Below the pieces are notes generated by a model. It made no database searches and was not told where the DNA came from. It saw nothing but the letters and a program-made list of their open reading frames with translations. 64,000 nt of DNA from the human T2T-CHM13v2.0 reference genome, Homo sapiens. Shown here piece after piece: positions 54,191 to 64,000 of the stretch. The stretch's first letter is position 1, and each line of letters begins with the position of its first letter. Both the position numbers and the translations under genes were made by a program. Location: NCBI RefSeq assembly GCF_009914755.1, contig NC_060925.1; one strand, written 5' to 3'.

Positions 54191-56870
54191 ACTTCTTCAG
54201 TCACTCAAAAATACTGTGCTCAGGGTCTCACTGATTAGAGTGCATACTGGGAGCAGTCAGGTCTTGTTTATGAAATGATCTCCATTTCATGCATTCCTAT
54301 TAATATCACCAAAGGATACAAGATAATACCCTGCTACTTTAGGGGATAACAGTATAGATACATGAAAGATAAAGTTTGCATTCAATATTTTATTCCAAAT
54401 ATTTTATAGAGCTACTACATAATGACAAAAAGGACAATAAGGCAGGAACATATAAATAAGCTAAGGTATCTAATGTAGTCATGAGGGTGTCCACAGGGGA
54501 TGTTGTGATAACAGATTTAATGTCTTTGAGGACATTCCATTCAACATCAGAATATACTTTTATTTCAAAGACTCATGAATAGTCAGCAAGATAGACCATT
54601 TCACAGATCATTAAATAAACCTTAACAAATTTAAAAGATTCTAAATCATGTGCAATGTTTTCTCTGGCAACACTGAATCAAATTGGAAGTCAATTACAGG
54701 AAAACAACTGGAAAAATCTGTAACTACTTGGAAATTAAACAATATGTTTCTAAATAATCCACAGGACAAACAGGAAGTCTCAAAGGAAAATGTTAAGAAA
54801 TTTATGAAGTTTTAATTCTATTTTTAAATTACATGCATATTTCATTAATTATAGTTGTTGTATGTGCTATGAAATAATTTCAGGTTACCTACAAAGCCTT
54901 AATTCTAAATCCAGCTAAAGTATCATTCAAAAATAAAGGCAGAGAACACAAGAAATTTTCAGATTTCTTTTTTTAGACAAGAGTTTTTACCATTGTCTGA
55001 AGGAACTATTATATTTAAAGCATAAATACACAAAGGCCAACAGTTTGGGAAAGAAGATAACAGCAAGAAATTTTTGGAGGCTGAAAAAAAAATAATTAGA
55101 ATTGGACTTCTTAGATCTAAAAAAGCTGAATATTAATGTGGTCATAGAAGCAGCTCAGAAGCTTGCAGAATTATACTAGAAGAATCCCTCCAAAAGCTTG
55201 AAGTTGAAGTAATCAAGTACCTCTAAACAGTTCAAATAGGAGGCTTGTCTAAAATTTGTATAAAAAGCTGTTAGATCCTGATCCTTGTAACTACTTCATG
55301 TAGGTGGGCAGCTACTCCTGCCCCAAATGGTACAACCCTAGAAATTTACTTAATGGAAATGTTGAATGCCAGGGGCTCTGGATCAAGAAAAATATGAATG
55401 ACACAAGTACATAAGTGAAACTCTGTATAAAATTAGGAGAAGCTGGGTGAGCACTACATAAAAACTCTGTACAAATTTTGCAGCTTTTCTGAATACTTAA
55501 AGTTCAACGTAAGCATTAAAAAATTAGAATAATGTTAATATTTTTGGTGGGGAGTGTGTGCTGATTGGGAGGAGTGGCAAGAGGGCTTCCGTGATGGTGA
55601 TGTTCTGTCGCTTGATGTTTAGTACTAATATAATATATATTGTAATATATATTAGTATGGTTAGTACTAATATATGTAATATAGCTATATGCTATATTAT
55701 ACTATGTGCTTTATTATACTACTTAATATTAAAAGGGATTAAAAACCATTTATAATGTGCTTGTCTTTCTTAGAAGCCCTGTTGCCTCTTTCATTAAGTG
55801 ATGAGTCAACTTGCTCCCTAAAATTCCCTTAAAATAGTCCTTGACCTCAAGAACCCTGAGTAGTCACTCAGGAACACTCACACCTGCTCTGGTGGGACAG
55901 GTGTCATTTGAGCCTTATCAGCTATAGCTGGTCCTGAGTCCACCTCCATAAATTTCAGGTCTAGAAGCTGAAGAAAGCTAGCACATTTTCCCCATCCTGG
56001 GCCATTGGCTTCTCTGACATCAGGGTCATAAGACTGAGGGTGAAAGTACTTGCTTATCTAGGACTGTATTTAAGTAAAAATATTAATCCATGGCAAATTA
56101 TCTTATAGTTTCAGATGTTCATCTTATGAGAGAAAAACAGTGATAGCTTAATAACAAAGGTTTTATTATGCAATAAAACATTTACATTCATTTAGAATTA
56201 TAAACAATATTTAATGTTTTAAATGTACTTTCAAGAACAGGAAAAAACATATATTAAGCATTCAAGTAAAATTTTATATAAAATAGTTGCAAATAGATAG
56301 GTCTAAGCAAAGAATTCTTTCTCCTGTGTTGTAGCACTTTGAGTAACTTTTTTCCTTGTTTTATAAAATTAAAGCAGGACAGTTTTTAAGAAAGACATTT
56401 AAAGCAATAAACATCTATTACATTGATAACTACAAAAGCATAGTTAAAAATGAGAAAAAATAATTTTACAAATTTTTATTTGGCAGCATATCGAAGAATT
56501 ATATTTACAGAATTTTATGTTTTATTGTATTTTCCCAATTGTTTGCAATCTCTCTGGAAAGTAAAAGTGAGATTTGGGATGTAAAGTCCAGTGCCTAATG
56601 GAGAGGTCAGCCTCACACACAACTGCGATGGGCTAATGACAGTTCACACATCAAGACTCTTATCCTGAACCAACTAAGAATATCAGTGTTTCCACGAATC
56701 CTCTTCCCATCCCATCAAGTGAAAATCAGGAATAGCCAGTGTACATTTCACGAGCCCAGTCACCTGAGAATGGCAGACAGCCCATGTGCCAAGGGACTCA
56801 CGCTCAGGTGTTCTGACAAAATAATGACAATGGCGATGATGATAATCACCAGCAGTGACCAAGAACTCAG

Positions 56871-57007
56871 ACCCAGGAAAGAGCTCTGTATGTATTAACA
56901 CATTGAATATTAACACAGGTGTAGAAACTGAGGCACTAAAACCCAGGAAAGAGATCCGTTTCTATCAACACATTGAATACTAACACAAATGCAGAAACTG
57001 AGGCACT
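56871..57007. repeat. 70-bp tandem duplication
   Basis: acccaggaaagag...agaaactgaggcact at 56871 and 56941. Confidence 0.85.
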
Positions 57008-57195
57008 CAGTGACAATCTCAGTAGATGCATTGATGGAAATTGTGTTAATTTCCTGACAGATTTCTAAAAATAACTAAGTGAAAGAGAAATATCCTTAAA
57101 ATATTTGGCAAAATCTAAAACATACGTTCCTGTTCTAATAACCCTTCTGCTTGTTTTATGTTCTTTTTTGTTGACTGGCTAAATCAGGTACTAAA

Positions 57196-57197
<2 letters not shown>

Positions 57198-57249
<52 letters not shown>

Positions 57250-57251
57250 TG
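57198..57251. repeat. (GT)n microsatellite
   Basis: Direct reading. Confidence 0.95.
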
Positions 57252-57615
57252 TCCTCTTCCAAAAAATTCATACTAACAGGAGTGCAAGGCTACAGGTTCA
57301 AGATGAGGTAATTAAAGCAGTTCGAACATGTGTGGAATGGGAAGGAATAAATCACCACAACAAGCTGCAGTTACACAACCTTGAAATATTTTATGAAGGT
57401 ACTTTTATACTTTTATACTTTTAGTTTTTGAAGAAACATTTGCATTTCTATCTACATATAGTAGTGCAAATATTGTCTTTCTCCCATTCAACAGGTTTTT
57501 TTTTTCAGGATTTTTCATCATTTCATCAACAATTTTTTCATCTTTTTTTGTCATAAAGTATTTATGCTTTTTTGGGGTTTTGTTGCAGATCTTCTATAGT
57601 AAAGACCAGGATGTT

Positions 57616-58551
57616 CTACTTTTGCAGAAAATATATCTTCACAAAGAGTCTCCACATGGCTGTTTTAATCTCCTTATTCCTAAGACTATATATGATGGGA
57701 TTGAGGAAGGGAGGCAAAACTGTGTATGTCAGAGCAATCACTAAATCCTGAATGGACAGAGCTTTTGCAATTGGTCCTAAGGCAGCAAAGAGCCCTGTGG
57801 TAAGAAAGAGCATGATGACAATGAGCTGGGGGGAGCAGGTGGAGAAGGCTTTTGCTCGACTCTGTCCTGAAGGGATTCTGAGCACCGTTGAGAAGATTTG
57901 GAAATAGGAGATCATCATGAGAATAAAGCATCCCAGAACCAAGCATGAGCTCAGGGCCAGGGTCAAAAACTCTACAAAGAAAACCTCACAGGAAACCAGG
58001 GCCAACACATGAGGGATGTCACGGAAGAACTGGTGGATCACATTGGATCTGCAAACGTGCTCCCGAAACATGTTGCCAGTGTGGACGGCTGCGTAGGAAA
58101 AGCAGCTTAGCCAGGTGGTGACTGCCATCTGATAGCACCCTCCTGATGTCATCACGGCTCTGTATTGGAGGGGGTGGCAAATGGCAACATAGCGGTCATA
58201 AGACATGACAGTAAGGAAGGCCAGCTCAGCAGATGCAAAGGCAGAGAAAAAATAGACTTGAGCCACACAGCCAAGATAAGAGATGGAGCTTCTGCGAGTC
58301 AGGGAGTTACGGATGGATTTAGGCACAGTGACTGAGATGTAGCACAGATCCAAAACAGAGAGGTTCTTCAGGAAGAAGTACATGGGTGTGTGAAGATGCT
58401 GATTGAGAGTGATGACCGCAATGATGAGCAGGTTCCCCACCAGCGCTGCCAGATAAATCAGCAGAAACAGCCCGGCGTGCAGCACCTGCAGCTCCCAGAT
58501 ACCAGAAAACTCCATCAGCAGGAATTCTGTCACTTTTGTGAGATTGTCCAT
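57616..58551 (-). CDS. OR14I1: Olfactory receptor family 14 subfamily I member 1 (311 aa)
   Basis: ATG at 58551 (MDNLTKVTEF). Motifs LHTPMYFFLKNLS, MSYDRYVAICHPL, KAFSTC, PPFLNPIIYSLRN. Acceptor ttttttctcaacaatcag at ~58572. Confidence 0.92.
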   Translation of the reverse strand: MDNLTKVTEFLLMEFSGIWELQVLHAGLFLLIYLAALVGNLLIIAVITLNQHLHTPMYFFLKNLSVLDLCYISVTVPKSIRNSLTRRSSISYLGCVAQVYFFSAFASAELAFLTVMSYDRYVAICHPLQYRAVMTSGGCYQMAVTTWLSCFSYAAVHTGNMFREHVCRSNVIHQFFRDIPHVLALVSCEVFFVEFLTLALSSCLVLGCFILMMISYFQIFSTVLRIPSGQSRAKAFSTCSPQLIVIMLFLTTGLFAALGPIAKALSIQDLVIALTYTVLPPFLNPIIYSLRNKEIKTAMWRLFVKIYFLQK

Positions 58552-59784
58552 TTGGCAGGGAAATCTGTGATCTGATTGTTGAGAAAAAATATACAATAGT
58601 TTTAAATGAGACAAAAAGTGAACACAGTGTGGTAGGAGTAATATCCTCCTAAATTAAATTCAATCCACTGGACATCTTCCACACTGCTTAAACAAATAAA
58701 ATGGTGGGAGATTTTTAACATGGAAAGATCATAAAAAATATATGCCTAAGACTATGAGTTGAGTAACCAATTTCTAAAAGCTTTTGATTAGTACTGTTTT
58801 TCTATTATATGGAACTTCTCAATCTTGAAATTAAGATTTTTCTCATCAAATAATCTAGGGTGCTTATTAAATATGCAGAATTTCAAGTCTCAAGGCAAAT
58901 ATACTAAATAAAAATTTGTGGGATAAAACCAATAATTTGCTTTTCATACAAGTTTCTGGGTGATTTTTTAGTACAAAAGTTTGTAGTTTTAACTGTGGTT
59001 ATACATCCTGGGCAGAGTCAACTGTCTTTAGCTATTTGTTGAATAAATTGGGTGGTAAGCCACTTTAAAATGAGGATTTACTGTTTAAGACATGGAATGA
59101 GTATGGAATATGATTTTAAAACCATTGATAATTAGCTCTGGTTTGGAGAGAGGGAAATTTATTTTGTGTCAATGTGCAAGACATGACAATAGTTATACTA
59201 ACAATGCCATTACCCGTGTGTTGCACCTTCTCTGTGCCCGATGCTATTATCTCTACAGGACACACCTTGGCTCAATTAATATTCATAATTGTACAATAAA
59301 TTAAAATATGCCGTTATTATTCTTTTTCTCAAGATAAAACGGAGGCATAACAAGATCAAATAAGTTGCCCAATGCACTGAAAGAGCCAGCACCTGAGCCA
59401 GCATTTAAATCAAGGCAGTTCATTTCCAGGATGTGTTGCTGACCTCTGCATTCTAAGTTTTTTTCATAGAAAATAACTTTGACTAACATAAGCTCACAAA
59501 AATAACTTTTTTCTATATATTGTTTATCATATTTTGTTTATTTTCACTGGTATTATCTATATGTTTAAAATTAGTTTTTCTGCATCAAAGTCATGTGTGT
59601 TAGATCCTGTTCACATGACTCAAATATTCTCACTAAAAACAACTTATTAATTTTTTTCAAACTAGAGCCAACTTTAAACAAGTGATTTTAAAATCAGGTT
59701 ACTGATCATCTAAGGTTTAGTTGCCTTATTTCATTAATGATAAACTCTATTAAGCACATAAATGCTATCCCTTGCTACCAGGCA

Positions 59785-59910
59785 AATGTGAAATGTTATT
59801 TATAAGACAGGTAGAACCTATGTTTTATGACAAATTTTAAAGATAATGTGAAATGTTATTTTTTATAAGACAGGTAGAACCTATGTTTAATGAAAAAATT
59901 TGAAGATAAT
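59785..59910. repeat. ~60-bp tandem duplication
   Basis: aatgtgaaatgttattt(ttt)ataagacaggtagaacctatgttt...aagat at 59785 and 59845. Confidence 0.88.
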
Positions 59911-59998
59911 CTTTTGTCCAAATGCTATAAATGATACAGTCACTTTGAAGCATTTCATTGTATCATTAAAACAAGTAATTGAAAAGAATTGCATTCTT

Positions 59999-60300
<302 letters not shown>

Positions 60301-61003
60301 ATTGTACTGTCACACGAAGTCAAGTGACGAGCAATACATATTTACAATGAAAATGACAAAGGAGCACTATCCCTGATAAACGACAAACTATAAAAACACA
60401 TTAGCATAAACAATGAGCAAAGTATATGAACAAGGGCTCAGAAAACTGGAAAGCTAATGACCCAATAACAATTCAAAATGTGTTCAACTTTACTAGTTAT
60501 GGAAATGCAAATTAAAACTTTAACATGATGCTATTTTGTGTCCATTGCTTTAGAAAACATATGTCTGGCAAGTAAAGTCTCGACAAACATGTGAAGGGAC
60601 GAAGCTCTTTGCTGCTGCTTAGTTTGCTGTGTAAGCAGCCTACCTACTTTGGAGGGTCAACTGGAAATTTTGAACACAACTGAAGATGCGCAAGTTTGAT
60701 GCAGCAATGCTCCTTCTCACAAATGTACACTTGAGTTTTAAAAAATGACATATGTGAGGATGTTTGCTCCATGATGTTTAAACCCCTAATTACCATCACT
60801 AGGAAAATGGATAACATACCCTACTTTATCCCAGAATGGAACACTCTCTAGAAGTTAAACTGAATGGGATACTCTACATCAATATTGAACATTTCAACAT
60901 AGTTTTGAAAAAACCCCACAAACTATTACACAAAATATGTTCCCAGTCATATGCATTTAAACATTCAAATTGTGCAGTGCATTATTTATAAATACACACA
61001 CAC

Positions 61004-61037
<34 letters not shown>

Positions 61038-61889
61038 AAGCTTGTATAAAACAGTTACTGGAATGAATACAAATGCCAATAAATGGGGGAGCGGAGGGAA
61101 AAAAATAAGTTGAAAACATTGAACAGTCGTTATATCTGTAATATTTTAACAGTTAAGATCATTAAAGCAAACAAAAATATTAATAAATGATAAGCCTAAG
61201 TGCTCGTTCTTAAAAATCATTTGTTATACTCTTTCTAGATTTTGGATATTTCATATTTTTAATATTATTTATACATTAATGTCAAAGAAGCAACTGAAAT
61301 ACTTTTGTGTGTTATAAATTGCTTTTATATTTTATATATTTAAATTGCTTGTAAAATTCAGTGAAAAAAGCTCTCTTTTTTCCACTGTTTTCTTTGACAT
61401 TATAGATTAAATAAAATACCTCACATACTAACGTAATAATCTCAAAAAATATGATTAAACATTAATAAAAAAGTAATGGGGACTCAGGTGATTACATTCT
61501 GCATATTTTGACATCCATTATAATACTATTTAACAATGCAGAGTAACTTTTAAAACTGGGTTTTTGTTCTGACTTTTTAATAGAACTCAATGAAACAAGT
61601 AATAAAATGGTTGTTAATTGGTTTGTATTTAAAATATCTCAACCAAACAACCAAGAATTGCAGCTGTCCCATAAAACAAGGCAAAAGGTTACCCACCCTT
61701 CCAGCAGAATCAGCAGTGTACAGGAGTATACTATCTCCCGGGTTAGCTTGCCATCGGTAGATGTAAAATTCTACAAAACTGCCACGTGGCCAATTCCTCG
61801 TAATGTATTATCTAGAGAATGAGAAAATAATAATGCTCTTTCCTTGATTCTAACACTCACATTTCTGCACTGCTAAAGGAAAAGCATCA

Positions 61890-62070
61890 TATAATTTATA
61901 TATAGTTGTGTATATATAGTGCATATATAGTTCGTGTATATATATACATATAAATATACATGTATAGTATATATATACATATATATGTATAGTTGTGTAT
62001 ATGTATACATACATATATATGTATATATAGTTGTGTATATATTTGTGTACATATAGTGTGTATATATAGT
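61890..62070. repeat. (TA)-rich low-complexity repeat
   Basis: Direct reading. Confidence 0.85.
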
Positions 62071-64000
62071 TACTGTTTATTGAAAAGTTATTAAATTAAT
62101 ATTTTCCTTGAAAATTGTCTACAATTTGAAATTGAGGACATACAAAACAAGTTTATAGGGATGCAAACATATTATCATTATGATATATAAGCATATATAC
62201 AATACACCTATTCAAAATATTAGGCAAATTGATGTGCATTTATTAACAAAAACTTAGTAGTTAACACATTGGTTAAAAAGACACAATACATTTTCATATA
62301 CATATGTGCATCATTGATAGATATAAGTTGAAAATTTTGAATATATTATTTTTAACCGTAAAGCATATTGAATTAAATATGTATAAAGATTTCCTGCTTC
62401 CAAGTCTGTCTATTTTAAATTCACACATGTGGTATGATGAGTAATAAGATTAAAAGAGACCTGAATTCTTGTCATGTTCTGACACAGCTGTTTTAAGTTG
62501 GGGAACCTACAAATACATTTTAATTTCAATTTACTGAAACGTAAAACTACACTCAACAAGATGGCCTCTGCTGCCCCACCTCTGAGAGCATTTGTATCTA
62601 ATCTATATGAAGCCTTTTTACTTCAGTGTAGTTTTCTCTGAGTGGCCTGATGCTGAAGAGCTGCCCTTTATCCCACTTATATCAAGCAAAAGAGCAACAC
62701 TGAGGAACAAAACCAATACACACTGCACCATGAGCTGCTTCCACTCTAGTCTCAAGCTAAAAATAGATCTCTCCAAAACTGATTAAAATGATAAAAATTC
62801 AAGCAAACTGAATGCACTATTTTGTTTGCTTGTTTCATTGGAAAAAAATATGAAACATAATTACTAAGAGAACAATTAAATCACTTTAAGCAAACATGTC
62901 TTGATTTTTTTCTCATAAAAAATTTGAAATGATTGCTTACATAAATCTCATGTAGACAAATTCAATTTCCTTATTGGGTAAATATCTGAGAAATACAAGA
63001 CCAGCAATACCTTGATTAAATAACATGTAGCTTCTCAATATGTATTCACTGTCTGGACCAATGATGATAAAGAAACAGTTCTGAAGTTTTCCTCTGTGTC
63101 TCACCAGAAGAAGTGACCCAATTTAACATGCAAACTCAGTGATAGAGAAAACCTGATGTATAATATATCAAGGAGACAATCTTCTCTGTTAGTTTCCCAT
63201 AGAGACTGGGCCGCCACAGTCTGGAGGAGATTGGCTTCCAGAAGGAAGCCTGGGGGACGCTGGTCTCAGGAGGATGCTGCCTCCTCTGGGTTAAATTGTA
63301 AATTACCTGCTGAAACAGAAAGCAGAATATGGAGTAGGTGCCAACTGAACTCAGAGTCCGTGAGGAAGTGATGAGCATGAGATATAGAGATTTTCATTAA
63401 GAGAGTGAGGAGAGTAAACAGTGAAAAAAGTAAAGGATTTATATTTTCACATTTCATAAAATAATCTTCGATAAAGTACAAAACCCAGACATTTAAGTAC
63501 TCAGAAAATAATAAATTGTTTTACTTCATCACTATGCCTAGTCAGTATGCCACATGAGAGCAGTTAAGTGCGTATACTCAGTTTACTTTGCAGTTACAGC
63601 AGCCTGTTTCTGTATTGCACATAGACTCTCAGAAAATTATTGGCTTAATGGAGACAATCATCATGCTTCTCATCTTCCTCCAAATCTATTTGTTCCACAA
63701 CCAGTCACAGACCAAGAGGATGGGTAGATCTCACTAAATACGATCATTTGAAAATTAGAAGTGAATAGAAAAATCTGGCAGAAATTTAGGAGATATATAT
63801 TTTATCATTTCATTTTTCAAATGAGGAAAGTGAGTCTTAATATAAAAACTTAAGACAAATTAAACTTAGCAGACTTTATTTGATCAAAGAATGATTCATT
63901 ATCAGATCGCACTACAGATCAGAAGAAATTCAGAGAGCTCTGCCCAGCAGTGTGAACAAGCTTTTATGGGCCAGACATAGGAGCAAAGTAGAAAAATCAC

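Noticed and set aside
61545-61595. actttttaa motifs resembling the OR homeodomain enhancer element AACTTTTTAATGA
   Set aside because: Not exact (no TAATGA core) and expected by chance in AT-rich DNA.
63136-63481. Short ORFs and an O/E-like tcccatagag upstream of OR14I1
   Set aside because: No OR or other recognisable protein motif; one degenerate site is not enough to call a promoter.

Overview
Primate, almost certainly human, genomic DNA from the distal olfactory-receptor cluster at 1q44. Identification is from protein recognition and gene order; no database search was run. Four single-coding-exon class II OR loci lie on the minus strand: OR2T11 (intact), an OR2T35/OR2T2-type locus broken by a 7-bp deletion, OR2T27 (intact) and OR14I1 (intact). 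The rest is repeat-derived: 5 Alus, L1/L2 remnants, MaLR and MER4-group LTRs, Tigger7/MER44, MER33, MADE1, a two-LTR deleted HML-6 (LTR3/HERV-K3) provirus, an SVA with a very short VNTR, and many minisatellites and tandem duplications. Main observations: (1) the two LTRs of the provirus differ almost one-directionally AT->GC, making the 3' LTR a CpG-rich element that has lost its TATA-like motif and points at OR2T27; (2) the OR2T35 C-terminus plus stop codon is a triplicated 49-bp cassette, and its frameshift creates a TGATG stop/start overlap; (3) two frame-preserving VNTRs create 334- and 474-codon repetitive ORFs, one inside an MST LTR just before its AATAAA; (4) OR14I1 lacks the conserved ECL2 cysteine. 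I found no wholly new multi-gene system that I can support. Repeat subfamily names and reference-allele comparisons are from memory and need checking.
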